64,000 nucleotides of DNA from Rhina ancylostomus (taxonomy: Eukaryota), in NCBI GenBank assembly GCA_030265395.1, contig JARFYF010000012.1, positions 19,910,046-19,974,045 of the forward strand. The letters run 5' to 3'. The position numbers and the translations under genes are program-made. The notes beneath the pieces were generated by a model. That model searched no databases, had not been told where the DNA came from, and saw only the letters and a program-made list of their open reading frames with translations. Positions 1 through 13,740 of the stretch are shown here, piece after piece (position 1 is the stretch's first letter; every line of letters starts with the position of its first letter).

Positions 1-30
<30 letters not shown>
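1..30. repeat. (AC)15 microsatellite, truncated by window start
   Basis: Pure ac repeat at 1-30. Confidence 0.95.
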
Positions 31-34
<4 letters not shown>

Positions 35-339
35 TTAAAGGAACCTCACTAATTGTAACCTAGTCCGTAACAGTAGTCATGTTTTCCTTCAACTATATGA
101 GAGTTTGGATTCCTGGGTGGTCAGAAGGAAGAGATGAGGGCAAATGTGTTTCTCCTGCAGTTGGGAAAATTCCATGAAAAGAGGAGTTGGGTATTGGTGG
201 AAATAGAAGTGTGGGTCAGACACAGAATAGAACTAGGCCTTTGGGCTGACTGAGTCTGCACATATACTAATTGTACATTGATAGCAATTTTTAATTTGCC
301 CCACCCTCATCAACTCCCTCAGATTTTACTGCTGACCTG

Positions 340-535
340 CACACTAGGGGCAAATTAGTGTCCAGTCAACCTTGCAAGCAAGCTGTATGTCTTTGGGATG
401 TGGGAAGAAACCAGAGGAAGCCATGTGCTCGTCGGGAGAATGTGCAAACCCCATGCACCTACAGCTGAGGCCAGGATTGAATTTGTGTCTCTGGCATTGT
501 GAGGCAGCATTTCTACTAGCTGTACCACTGTACTG
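340..535 (-). mobile_element. Degenerate V-SINE (HE1-like tRNA SINE)
   Basis: Reverse complement of the V-domain (tgtctttgggatgtgggaagaaaccagag...ggagaatgtgcaaac) followed by a tRNA-like head. Confidence 0.7.
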
Positions 536-594
536 TCGGAGTTGTGGATGGAATTGTCCTCCCTACTCTTTAAACTTTCCTAGGGGATGTGTCT

Positions 595-1935
595 GGCAGT
601 GGAATCAGGTTGAACATGGCAGAAATTGGAGGATAATCCGTTGAATGTGTAGGCTATTAGGGTGGAAGATGATGACAAGGGAAACCTTTGCTGTGATTCC
701 TCCACCGAACCTATCTCCCGTAAGATCTCAGTACAATTTTCATGGTTTCTGCACTTTTGTCATATCTCACCTAATGGTGACACCTTCCATATTAATGTTT
801 CTGTGATGTCATATTCCTTTAACTATAGTTTTGGTTCCTTCATATTTAAAGAGATCTCAACTGTGTTTGTTCCATTTTCTGCATTTCTCTTCTCACTCCC
901 TTCTCCACTCACAGAAAGGAAAGGGTTCTACTAGTTCCTGCCTTCCCACCATCTTGCTTCAGTGGACTTTCCTCTAATTTCTATCATCACCAGATACATT
1001 TTCCCCTCCCCTCCACTTGCAGCATACTGGAGGGACTATTCCCACTACAACTCAGTGGTTCACTCTTATGTTTCTGCTAATGTTGCTCATCACCCACCTA
1101 CTACCGTTGGAACTGCAGGAGATGCAATGTCTATCCCTTTACCTCTTCCCACCATCCAAAGATAGTCCCATTATGTGAAGCAGTGGTTCATTGTTGGTAC
1201 TTCCAGTTTTTGTCTCCGTTCACTTCTCATGTCATTGCCTCCTTTGCATTGGAAAAATCAAAGGTAAATTAGGTAACTACTTTGTAGAGCAACTCCTTTC
1301 ATCTCTCAGGAGTGACCCTGAGCTTCTATTTGTCACTTTAATTCTTCATCCTACTTTCATTCCTACATCATTTTTGGCCTTTTACATTTTTCCAGTGTCT
1401 CATCTTCTTTGCATATTACAGCCCTTAGGACTCAATTTAATTCAGCACTTTCAGATAATCAGTTTTCTAATTGATCAAACTGAAATGTTTACTTTTTTCC
1501 TTTCTCCATAAATGCTGCCTTACCTGTTGAGTATTTTAGCATTGTTTTATTTTGCATATCAAGCATTTGCAGCATTTAGTATCTCAATTTCAGCATGGTT
1601 TTCTTTACTACCTCCCTGTTTTTCTCTTTCATCTTTGGTTTATATCTCGTCCATAAACATCAACTGTGATTAACAAATACCCTCTCAGCTGGCATTGCCA
1701 CTGCTACCTTTGCTATTTAGTCTCTATTGATCTCCAACCTGTCACAGAGACTTTCTTTTGTTCTCACCACCCTTCTCCCTTGTCTGCAACTCTAAACATA
1801 TTTGATTTCCCAGTTCTGTTGAAACATCATTGACCTGAAATGTTATTTGTTCCTCTCGCCACACATAGGAATGTTGCTTGAATTGCTAATAATTTTCAGC
1901 ATTTTTATTTCAGATTTCCAGCACCTACAGATTTT
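595..1935 (+). mobile_element. Penelope-like element remnant (GIY-YIG region plus tandem 3' tails; short inverted 5' piece at ~600-690)
   Basis: ORF 1191-1511 contains LLCIGKIKGKLGNYFVEQLLSSLRSDPEL, a decayed YIGETKRRLGDRFAEHL. Tail motif (tgctgcc..acctgttgagtatttt(c)agcatt) occurs twice and matches 49380-50370. Confidence 0.75.
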
Positions 1936-1992
1936 GGCTTTGTATTTAGGTAATATGCAGATTGTTAATTTTTTATTACCCACTCTAAACAG

Positions 1993-2062
1993 GATCCAAC
2001 TCATGCATGGAGTGGTGGATTGGACCTTTCACTGAAAATGCGTGATTTAAACACAGACCAAG
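1993..2062 (+). CDS. BUB3: BUB3 coding exon (DPTHAWSGGLDLSLKMRDLNTDQ)
   Basis: ag at 1991-1992, gt at 2063; 70 nt; translation matches vertebrate BUB3. Not in the ORF track. Confidence 0.95.
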
Positions 2063-2737
2063 GTGAGAAATGTTTGTGTTAAACACGCTGCTTAAGGAGG
2101 TGCATGATGTGATAGAATACACTTTTGAAGTAGTGTAGGGGCAGCAATGAATTTAATCGCCTTTCATAATGTCATTCCTTTATGTAATTAAAGTGGGGAA
2201 AGAATACTTGAGCAAAAATTATTTAAATTATTTAAATTAAATTCTAGATCCTAATCAATTTCACTGTTTACCTGCAATTCATATTTGCTGTTTATTTGAT
2301 TTGNNNNNNNNNNNNNNNNNNNNNNNNNNNNNNNNNNNNNNNNNNNNNNNNNNNNNNNNNNNNNNNNNNNNNNNNNNNNNNNNNNNNNNNNNNNNNNNNN
2401 NNNTTGTGACTAAACAATTTGTGAATGAGAACAGCTGCTAGTATCAGCAGCTTGAGATGAGTGGAAAAATAATGGAAGACTAATTTATACTAATTTTGGT
2501 CTTTGAGATCCCATGGTATATATCTGTGTAGCCAGTGCACATGGGAAAACTGAATGCTGTACTGTACATTGTCTAATTAGAAGGGTTTATCCTGAGAACC
2601 TTCAGAATATCATCCATGGTACAAATGAGTTTTTAAAGTTTGCTTTTGTTAAACAAAATAGTCACAGTTTGTGATGGGACAAATATTGTGTTTTCTTGAT
2701 ATGATGCTCATGTCAGTTAATTTTATCTTTCATATAG

Positions 2738-2889
2738 AATCTATTGTGGGTTCCCACGATGCTTCGATTCGTTGTGTTGAATACTGTCCGGAAGTGAATG
2801 TAATGGTCACTGGAAGTTGGGATCAAACAGTCAAGCTGTGGGATCCTAGAACACCGTGCAATGCTGGGACATTTGCACAGCCAGAAAGG
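2738..2889 (+). CDS. BUB3: BUB3 coding exon (SIVGSHDASIRCVEYCPEVNVMVTGSWDQTVKLWDPRTPCNAGTFAQPER)
   Basis: ag|...|gt, 152 nt, WD40 GSWDQTVKLWD motif, phase-compatible with neighbouring exons. Confidence 0.97.
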
Positions 2890-5800
2890 GTATGCAGTGC
2901 TATTGTTATAAAATAAATATTTTAAATAAAACCTGACTGTTGAATACCATGTAAGCAAATATATGGTTATAGCATTTCTTAGACCAAAAATGCAGGTTAT
3001 TCAAATGCAATGTTTTGAAACCTGACTTTGGAAGTGCAAGTCGGATTGTTATTTATAAATCTGTTCTTGTCCAAAAGTGTATATTCCCCTTGTGCAGAAG
3101 GTAAATTCATGACTCACCGTGTTTAAAATATTAAATGAATTGGTATGTTAGACACACAGAGTCCTCCATATTCAGAACAAAGATGCACAATTTTGAAAGT
3201 AGAGCTAGGTTATTCAGGAATGATGCAAGAAAATATTCCTCCTTGCATAGTAAAGAAAATCTAAAGCTCTTGTCACCCAAAAAGCTGTTGCAGCTGGATC
3301 AGTAGACATTTTTAAAACACATTTTTGGCAAATTATTAAGGGTAATACATGTAATGTGAGTAGATACTGTTAATGATCAGCAGCGATGTAACTCACTGGC
3401 CAAATTGGCTTGACGGGCTGAATGATCTACACCTTTTATGTAAAATTTTGTTTGTAATGAACTTGCCTTAGTTTTGTTTTGATGAAAGTTATCTATGTCT
3501 TTGCCTCGAGTAATAAGGATGATTGATTATGTTCCCATTTTCATATGTATAAACTTTTCCAAGTTGATAACTGAAATCTGTTTTAGAATGGGGTAAACTT
3601 TGGTTTCCTAGTGTTGAATAATTTTGCATATGGGGGTAAAATGCTGGGAATTTGAACATATGCAGAAAAAGTTGCAGACGCAGAGGAAAACAGTCAGTAT
3701 CTACAAAGAAGAAAGATAAGGTTTTGGTGTCCTTGACACTGACAACGTTTATTGGACTTAAGCTATCCTCGTATTTTTTTGGCATTTTGGTGGGTTGAAT
3801 AATGCCTTTGTCTAGAGGACGGGAGAATTTAACCTGTGTCCACGTGGAGTCTTATCATACATAGCTCGTATATTTTGAGGCAACAGTGGAATCATGATAA
3901 ACTTCTATATTATTTATTGTTCCTCTACGTTTTTTTTCCCCAAATTGGGGTATAATATGAACAGTAGATTGGTATTTGTATTGTAGAACCTTAAATGTTA
4001 CCAGCACAGATGTATTTTCAATTGTCTTGAAGTAATTTTCACCTTTTGCACATTGTAATATATAGATAATGTTCAAATCTTGTAGTTATAATGGTTATAA
4101 TATAACGTTCAGAAGTTAACCCCCCGCCCTAAGCACCGTATTACTACATCATTATTTACTGCAATATCTACTAACTGGCCATGAAGCTATTCCATTACTC
4201 TTAGCCTAATTTTTTTTTAGTAATATCTTTGTTTAGTGAAAATGGGTTGTGGTGAATGAGGGTATGATTTATAGCATGTTAGGTTCCAAGAGCCAGTGAT
4301 GAATCTGTGACAGAATGGAGTGGAACAGACAGGCATTGTCGATGAAACTGTTTATTGGTTCACTGGGATTCATTATGGCATCAGGTTTTTTATCTGATTG
4401 AGTAATACTATTCCTGATGAATGTGTGCACAGAGTAGACTGGCAGAATCTGCATGACCCATCAGCTCTATCATTTGATTTATGAGTGCGTAGGAGTTGGG
4501 AATATCAAACTTGCAATGCGGAAAATACCTGACAACCAGTATTTCAAAGATGCACATGCAATACATGTAATTTAAACTATTGATACAAATTGCAAGCTTG
4601 AAATCAGCAAAATCACTTTTTTAAAACTGCNNNNNNNNNNNNNNNNNNNNNNNNNNNNNNNNNNNNNNNNNNNNNNNNNNNNNNNNNNNNNNNNNNNNNN
4701 NNNNNNNNNNNNNNNNNNNNNNNNNNNNNNNNNNNNNNNNNNNNNNNNNNNNNNNNNNNNNNNNNTTTCCATCTGGAATTCCAGGATGTGTATGGTATCT
4801 TAATTTCAGTGCATTGTGTGGTTTTAGTCTTGAAGCTACTTGCAAATTTGAGTATTAGCAAATTTCCATAACCAGGTATGCTGACTCTGGATTTGGTAAT
4901 GCAGGCTGAAGAGTAGCATTCTTGTCCAATGAAGTATCAGCCCTAGCTCACCTGCCTTGTAGCAGAGGAGTTTCCAGCAAACTTAAAGCTAAGGTAGTCT
5001 TGGGCAGACTTTCTCAGATTTGCCCACTAGACCTGATGCAAGATTCCAATTCGGATTAGTTTATTGTCATAAACTTCAGGGTGCAGTCAAATTACTTGCT
5101 AGCATGAAGCTCACAGAGTAAACACTATACATGGTATTAATAAATACAACAATAAATACAATGATGAGTGCAAAATAGCAGAATGGTGCAAAGGTTGTTG
5201 TGTAAAAAGAAATGCTAAAGTAACAATAACAAAATAACCAAGAGGGCTAGAATATAATGCCACCTTGAAATCAACAGAAAAAAAATGGCTATCCACGGAA
5301 TTTTTTGATTTGATTTTGGTTAATTTAAGTGTATTTAATTGTTTTTGTGCAACAGTTTTGTGCCCACGTGTTCTTTGTTTGAATTTCAAGTGGGCAGGCT
5401 TCACGGGTTGTAAGTGCCTTTCTGGATTTATGTCCTTGGAGATCCTGAAATTTGCTTGGCCATGGTGATCAGCTGATTGCAGGCCTCACAGTGGAAGATT
5501 GTGCCTGGGATCATAATAGGGGAAAATGTGTCTTGAGGGCTGCCCAGTCAATGGATGATGCAGTGCATAATTTTCACTGTGTAGATATTTTAGATATTTG
5601 GAAAGTCCCAGGAGACATATAAGATTATACTTAACTATTATATTGCCTAGCTTTTAGTTTTCTTAGATTTTTAAAAATAAGTTTTGAAATTGTTTACCAT
5701 GATTCATCAATGTCAGGTTAAATGAGTGACTTATTGGGAATAGTAAAATGGAAGGTGCTGTGTGTATTGAGGCTTGCAGTTGCAGTGCTGCCTTGTAATA

Positions 5801-6979
5801 TTTTATTACATCAAAATAAAATGGAACAGTAAGAAAGGTGCAGGGATATTTTAGTGGGGTAGAAGAGTTGGGTATGTGCAGTATCCTATCCACGTGCTTG
5901 TTAACATGTCTCAGTCCTCTCAGCTGCCTTCCATCCTTTGTAGAGTTTCCACTCTTTTGACTATTGCTGTAGCACATTATTTATACCCTATGCTCGTCAA
6001 TTTCTGCAGGCTCACATCTTGGTTAATTTTCATTAGGCCTTTCTACTTGGAAACCATTTCTCCATGTTTGTTGGCAACACTCGGGCTACTTTCCTGCTAT
6101 TGCCTTTGCCTTTACTCTTTTTCTTAATTGAAGCCAACAGTATTGTACAAGTCTTTCAAAAACATCAAGGTCCGTCAGATCACCAGTTTTAGTCCTGCTT
6201 CCTTTGCCACCTGCACATTTGAATGACATTTTCTCCATTTAGTTTTTTCTAATTTTTCTGTTTTTGCATAGAATTTACTAGTTTCAATGAAACTGAGCTT
6301 GTAGTGAGAATATTTGTTGTTCACCATCCATCTCTAGGCTTTGATTAATTGCGCATTCAGGTTCATGAATGTTCATGCGACTACAACATTGTAGATATTT
6401 GCTTATCATTTAGTTTCTGACTGTAGCGTCTGATACTGAGTGACTTAGAAACATTCTGTGCTTGATCATCACACATCTTATTTTCATGTACATCCCATTT
6501 ATTAGCCTGCTAATCTTTCCCCTGATGTAATAGGTCTAGAATTTAGTGAAAGGTACGGGGAGGCCCTAGGTGTTAGCTAAAATGAATGAAATGCTGCTAC
6601 AAGATTGTTTGAGGAAGTTGAGTTTCTTGGTATGGGAACTGAAGTAGAAAGTTTGTCCCCAATATAATTCAGTCATGAGTAGGGTTCCCAAGCTTCCTTA
6701 AATGATTTACAGGGCAGCAAAGTAGACAATTTGTGAAATTCACTCAAGCCGTCAAATTGTTTGGCAATGTTGGTAATCTGTAAGATTGAAGCTGTATATT
6801 GTTGCCTTTTTAAAATATTTTTTGATATTTATGCAATGAATACCTATTGATTTCTGACAGATGTACAGCACAAGGTTGAATGAGCATTGATGAGGAAACA
6901 ATAAGAATTGATTATGGTTTGGTTATGGTTTTCCCTTTATTGCATTACTGACCACTGCTTGGATCCTCCCCAATCAAAT

Positions 6980-7232
6980 ATAAGACCATAAGACATAGGA
7001 GAAGAATTAGGCCATTCAAACATGGCTGAGCTGATTTATTTTTTTCCTGTCAATCCATTCTCCTGCCTTCGCTCTGTAACTTTTTGACACCCTTACTAAT
7101 CAAGAACCTCTGAATCTCAGCTTTAAATATACCCAATGACTTGACCTCCACAGCCGTCTGCGACAATGAATTCCACAGATTCACCACCCTCTGGCTAAAG
7201 AAGTTCTTCCTTATCTCAATTCCAAAGGGACA
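6980..7232 (-). mobile_element. CR1 (HER1-like) LINE 3' end, runs into gap
   Basis: ataagaccataagacataggagaagaattaggccatt tail; near-identical stretch at 42115-42358 and reverse of 45650-45775. Confidence 0.8.
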
Positions 7233-8109
7233 NNNNNNNNNNNNNNNNNNNNNNNNNNNNNNNNNNNNNNNNNNNNNNNNNNNNNNNNNNNNNNTTTAAA
7301 AATCTAAATGTACTGTTAGTGCTTGACATTCTCCTCCCTCTAGTGTGGGGAAGGTTTGAATGCCTTTAGGAGATAAAGAGGAAAATATCTAAAAGTGACA
7401 TTTAAGGGTGGGGATGGCATGGTGCGGAAGTTATGTTAAAATTCTGGGCTGAGAAAGTGTTGCAGCTGCCTCCGTAGGGGAGCAGATCTACTCCTATTTT
7501 GGTTTATGTACAATCTGACCCAGATATCCTGTTAACTTGCAGGGCCCTGTGTCCTACTTTCCCACAAATGTATAAAATTGTTAGGAGCAGATCATATGGC
7601 TTGTTGAGTATACCGCTCTTCATGATGCCCAGAATACGACTGTCCCATCAATTTTGCAACCTCTAGGCTGAAGTCCAAATTATGGGTCAATAAAGAAAAA
7701 ATGTTCTCCAGTATTCTACAGAAAATTTAATGGTAAATTTTATCAATAAAGCACCAACCCCTTGATGNNNNNNNNNNCTCCCATTTGAAGGCATAAGATG
7801 AAACAAGCTAAGTAATGGAAAATCATCTACAAGAAATGTTATCAGATGTGGCAGAAAAATTGTGGAATGTAGGACCATTAAGGATGTGTGTTCAATTTGC
7901 TTTCATTGAAAACTTTTTCAAGCTGAATACACTAATGTCCAAAATTTTAAGCACTCAATATTTTTCAAGTATTGTTTTAGTTGAAAAATTGACTCTTAAA
8001 GGACAGGTTTGCAATTTTTGTGTACTGAATAACTGAATGTCACTTTAAATATGGCTTATAATGCACAGGTTCTTGTCTGTACATAATTTAATAAGTGGGT
8101 CGAGACACT

Positions 8110-8320
8110 GTAAGTTCTCCCTGTGTCTGCGTGGGTTTCCTCTGGGTGTTCCGGTTTCCTCTCATGTTCCAAAGACATACAGGTTAGGAAATTGTAGGCA
8201 TGCTATGTTGGCGCTGGAAGAGTGGAGACACTTGCGGGCTGCCCCCAGAACATTCTACACAAGAAGATACATTTCATTGTGTGTTTCGATATACATCTGA
8301 CTAATAAAGAAATCTTATTT
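8110..8320 (+). mobile_element. 5'-truncated V-SINE, tail type A
   Basis: gttctccctgtgtctgcgtgggtttcctctgggtgttccggtttcct V-domain; tail shared with 28750-29030. Confidence 0.85.
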
Positions 8321-8721
8321 TGTATCATGCACTTGGTGTCTGGTGTGCAATAATTTCCAAGCTTAAGCTATCAAGTATAATTTACTTAATGTATTGGACC
8401 TTTGTATTGTATGACTTGCTAAAGTTGATTAGCTCATGATGACTGCCACCAATATTAAGTAAAGAGGATGCTAAACTATCTTACCTTTCTTGGTGCTTAA
8501 AACCCAGCATAAAATTTTTTCTATTTTTCTGTTGGGTAAGCCTAGTAATTTCTAGGGTAGGGACATGTTCGGCACAGCTTTGTTGGCCGAAGGGCCTGAA
8601 TTGTGCTGTAGTTTTTCTATGTTTTCAAAATGTGAAAGTATTTTCATCCTTGTTACACGTGTGTAATCTTAAGAGAAAATAGTTGAGTTTTTTTGCTTCT
8701 TTCCCACACCCTCAATTTTAG

Positions 8722-8880
8722 GTGTACACCCTTTCTGTGTCTGGAGATCGTCTAATTGTTGGAACAGCTAGTCGTCGTGTACTGGTGTGGGACTTGAGGA
8801 ACATGGGCTATGTACAGCAAAGGAGAGAATCTAGTCTGAAGTATCAGACCCGCTGCATTAGAGCATTTCCAAATAAGCAG
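8722..8880 (+). CDS. BUB3: BUB3 coding exon ([53 protein letters not shown])
   Basis: ag|gtg...cag|gtaata, 159 nt, near-identical to vertebrate BUB3. Confidence 0.98.
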
Positions 8881-9219
8881 GTAATATACATGTTTAACAG
8901 TGCTATTTGTAGTCATTGAGTATAACCTTCTATTGTTTTGTCACGTTCTAGTTGTATGTACGCTGAATATTTGGCATCTGAAATATTTTTGGGAAAAGGA
9001 TAAGTAATATTTTGACCATTTAAAGATCAGTGTATGCAGCTGCTTGTAACTACCCATGCTATTCCATCTTCCCGTATCATGTTACTATCTGGCTAAACCT
9101 AGCCCAAACAAACTTTGCAAAAGAAATCAAGCCTTTTTTTTTCATCTTGCACTACTCTTAAGGGATTCTTTATCCTTCTGATCTATCATGTTCGCTTTGA
9201 AATCTAGTAACAATCTCAT

Positions 9220-9760
9220 TTACAGCACTAAGGAGGCCGTTCATCCCGTATCCCCAGCTTAGATTGTGTTAATCACACTTGTCAGCAGTCAGTTGTATAA
9301 CCTGCAGGTTACAGTAGTTTGCGTTCTTCCAGTTAATTTTTAGATGTGATGAAGATCTCTAATTCCACTGCTCTGTTAGGGAGTGGCTTCCAGATACCCA
9401 TCTCTTGTTAAAGTATTTTTTCAACTCTTCTGTACTACTACCAATCAATTTTGATTCATATCTCTTAGTTATTGATCACTTTGCTAAGTGAAATAGGTCC
9501 TTATTATTCACCCTCCCTGGGCTTCTCATTATACACGTAAGTTAAATTGCCCTTTAGTCTCCTTTCATCCTAAGTAAACAAACCCAGTCTAGACAGGCTC
9601 GCTTCTTAATTATAATTCTCCAGGCCTTGCAAAGTCTTCATACATCGTCTCTGCACTTCCTCTCATGCTATCAAATCCTTGCTGTTTTGTGATTGGAACA
9701 ATTCACAAAATGTTAGTCAGCTGTGATCTAACTAATGTTTTGTACAGAGCTGCATCTTCT
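9220..9760 (-). mobile_element. Old CR1 LINE 3' fragment
   Basis: Degenerate match to the other minus-strand CR1 copies (e.g. 61960-62350): cagcactaaggaggccgttc tail; aaacaaacccagtcta. Confidence 0.55.
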
Positions 9761-10955
9761 TCCAAGCCCTTGCCATCTCAACTTTGTGTGGGATTGGGGG
9801 GGATGGGTAGTGAACCAAAATTTAAAAGTATTTTCATATGCATATGTAACTAAGGTTTGCTCAATCCAGTGTTACACTTAGTGGTCCTATCTATACTAAA
9901 AAATGTAATTTGCTTTTCCTGTAGCTTTGAAAGATTGACTGTTACTCTTAAGTTTGTTTCAATAGATTTTTCCAAATTTAAATGCACTCCAACATATTTG
10001 TACTCTAGGATTTCGTGTCCTGTAGCAATAGGTCACTTTCATCCATCTTATGTTATTTATTTTCAGGGTGGTTATTTTTATAGTTTCACATTGCTTGGAA
10101 GGCAATAATGGCTAATTGAGGTGATTAGCCAAATAACGAGTGTTACCTGCAATTCCAGTTTTGACACCATCAATTTCTCTCAAAAAAATAATAGTTAATC
10201 TTGATTTGTTCTTGAAGTATTTAATCAGACTTGTGGGTGCAGCAGGTAGGAGTATTTTTTTTAATTGATTTTTAATACTAATGCACATGAAAGCTAAAAG
10301 TTATCAGTTGCCAATCTGGTTATACCCATATTTGACTTTTTTTTTGCTTTCACAACATTATCTATTAGAAGAAAGCTAAATTGATTATTAGATTAGAAAA
10401 GCAACCAAATGATGCCTCCCTTTAACAATGTTATTTACATTGAAATTTCAAGTTGATGCAAAGTAGTTTCACTGATGCAAATATGCAATATGAATGTCAA
10501 AGCCAATTTAAATTGTTAATGTACTAAAGTTAGGAAGTGAGATTTATATATTATTTATATAAAATTTAGTATTGTATCATGACTTAATAGCAGTGAAATA
10601 GAATTCCAGCCCTACATAAGCCAGTGGTGTTTCCATGATCCATGAACTTTTAGACATGGTGTAGAGCATTGGATATTAAGAGGACGAGTACTTAACAGCT
10701 CTTTGTGCGTGCAGGTGAACAAAATTTCAAGCAGTCCTGCCCTACTTATACTTCGTAGATATAGTTCCCTGCACTTCTAATACTTCTCTATATTCAGACT
10801 AAGTAATGTACAGTAGCAAATGATCTAAGTTATGAATATATTCTCTTGCAGTTTCTTGAAATCATAAGATATTGGGAGGATGAACAGCTGTTGACTAATG
10901 AGAAGTTTTTAATCTAGTTTGTGTAATCTATGGATTTTATATAATTTCTTTTTAG

Positions 10956-11133
10956 GGCTATGTTCTTAGTTCAATTGAAGGACGTGTTGCAGTGGAGTAC
11001 CTTGATCCTAACCCAGAAGTACAGAAGAAAAAGTATGCTTTTAAATGTCATCGATTGAAAGAGAACAACCTTGAACAAATCTATCCAGTCAATGCCATTT
11101 CCTTTCACAGTGTTCACAATACATTTGCTACAG
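10956..11133 (+). CDS. BUB3: BUB3 coding exon (GYVLSSIEGRVAVEYLDPNPEVQKKKYAFKCHRLKENNLEQIYPVNAISFHSVHNTFAT)
   Basis: tttag|ggc...cag|gtaag, 178 nt; contains the Bub3/Rae1 SIEGR and FKCHR signatures. Not in the ORF track. Confidence 0.98.
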
Positions 11134-13179
11134 GTAAGATATAATTTAAAGAGTGCTGTATTAAATGAACTTTGCTAAAATATGAACTCTAGTCTCAAGA
11201 CTCAAGTTTTAGATTGATTGTGCCTGGTTTTAATAAAAAAAAGCAGTTAACTTTTTATACCATTACAGTTTCAATGCGTGGATAACTTTATGTGCAGACA
11301 TTTATTTGTCCCAGGCTTGATTTTTATTTTCTTAGACTCCCCAACTAGTTTTTTTTTGTTAAAGGATTTATGGCAGAATTGGTTTGACCTGTATCCTGAA
11401 AACTTCGTAGCTTTTGGTGTTATTTTCCACAACATCTGCTGTGCTTTCTTCAAATCTCAGCAAACAAAGTCAGGTGATGGAATGGTTAATACTTTTTTGT
11501 TTTTTGAATTTTGTTGTCCCAACTGTATTAGAAATATCAAATCTCAATGCGTCTTCCATTTACGTTGGTAAGTACAAGAACCCAGACTTGTGATATTTGC
11601 GAATTTTTGGGAAATTATGCATCTTTGAAATTATTTGGAGGCATATTAATCTCAAAGATGTAAAATGTAAACAATAGACCAAATTTTCAAAGTTGTAAAT
11701 TTGTTCTCTAATTTTAGAAATGTTAGATTCCGTATCAGCGTTTTTCAATGGTGATTTTTTTTTCTAACAATGTTTTAAACCAAGACCTTAAATTGAGCAG
11801 AGTTTAAAATTGATGGATCAGATGATTTGTTATAATATGCAATAAATTAACTGTTGGCTAGTAATTTGCCACTGGAGTACTGGAATGGCACTTTACATTC
11901 TGCTACATTAAATATTCCAATTCTTACACAAGTTTATTTTCAAAGAACAGTAGCTAAAATGCATCTAATTATGATTGAGCAGAGCATTTTAAAGTTACCC
12001 ATGATACTTTGTGTGCTTTGCTTAAAGAAAAAGTTCTTAATTTTCTCTTCTGAATGTTCAGTGTAAATACATTGAAGTTTGACAGCAATAGCTAGTATTT
12101 AAAATGGATGAAACTTGAGCAATATATATAGGCAAATTTTCACTGTGTTAAAGCACTGTATAACATTTTTTGTCAACAGTTGTGGGTAAAGTTCACTTTG
12201 GGGTGTAGGGGGTGAGTTCTATGATAAGACTCAAATTTTCTTGATATAAATCAAATGGGAATGTAGTTGCTGGTAGTAATTGTAGAGAATGGATTTGATT
12301 TTCCTGGCATTAATGTGAAGAAATTAAATAACTTTAAGCAACAGACTTTTGAACTAGTTGAGAGGTGGAGGTAGCAAACTAAAGCTGCCCACCTACCCTC
12401 ACTTAGTCTGCCTGTGGAACCTGAACATGTTTGTGGATCATGACTGAGGGCTTGGCATATACATAATTAAAATTGTGAGATGAGATGGACGCTATGCAAT
12501 ATCAGAGGTGAGCATGTGGTTATGGGACGAGAAATGATTGGCGATGTAATGTCACAGTAAAAAGTGAGTCAGAAAGTGGGTGATTAAAATGCAATCCATG
12601 TTGATTACAAGGTGTAGTTCTTGATTTTGGTCAGTACAGTTTTGAGATTGGGTAGAAGCTGGTTTAGAAGGCTTCAAACAGGGACTGTCAGCGTTTGAAA
12701 AGGTTACGGGATTTTGAGAGGAAAATAAGTGATAAATAATGTTTTGAGTTTGAGATTTGCTTTGAATTTTGTGGAGAATTGTTGACCTTGAAAGTGTAGA
12801 AAATGAGCCAAGAGCAAGTTAATTCACCAGGATTTCGAATTGGGTGAAGCTGCCATCAAATGGAAGATGGATTGGAGTAGATGTTTGGTGATTTGGACTT
12901 GTTTTTCCTTTACAATATGTAAGGTGGCTAATTGTAGATGACTTTTGGAATAGTGGAGGAGAGTGCCGGTGAATGCCAGGTTAGTAGCAGGATGGTGGGT
13001 TGGTTAGGGAGAGAATAGAACTTTGTGCCTCAGTTGCTGGTTCAGAATTAAGCCTGTAAGCATTTGGAAAACATCAGAATGGTACTTATGGTATGACTAA
13101 AGTTAAGTTTCAGACATATAGTAATTCCAAAATATTGATTTTGAGAGATTTTGGGAACGGTAACACTATTGAGAGAGGA

Positions 13180-13740
13180 ATTTGCACATGTTCTTCATGA
13201 CTGGGTATGTTTCCTCGATCCTCTGGTTTCTTTCCATGTACCAAGGATATGCTGGTAGATAAATTACCCAATGGGTAAATGGCAAAATAAATCAAAGGGA
13301 AGTTGATAGGCATATATGAGAGCATAAGTTGCAGCAGTGCAGGAAGAGGGCAAATAGGATTGCTTCTCTGGGAACTGACGTGGTCCTGATGGACTGAATG
13401 GTCACCTTCCATGTTGTTATATAATAGCACAGTTAATTGAGCTGTTGCCTCAGCACCAACAATCAGGATTCAATCCTGACCTTCAGTGCTGCCTGTAAGG
13501 AGTTTATACATTCTCCCTTTGACCACGTGGTTATAGACACCCCGGGCTTCCTCCCACATCCCAAATGCGTGTGGATTAGTGGGTTAATTTCCCCTTGCAC
13601 CTGGGTAAATGGTAAAAATCTAGGGAAGTTGACAAATACATAGGAAGAATTAGATCAGAGCAAATATGTGGGGGAATACATTTACTTGGTGAGCATGCAT
13701 AGATAGCCTTGATAAGCTGAATGGCCTCCATGTTTTGAGG
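13180..13740 (+). mobile_element. Two adjacent degenerate V-SINEs
   Basis: ggaatttgcacatgttcttc...ctggtttctttcca at ~13180; gcctgtaaggagtttatacattctccc...ttcctcccacatcccaaa at ~13490. Confidence 0.6.
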
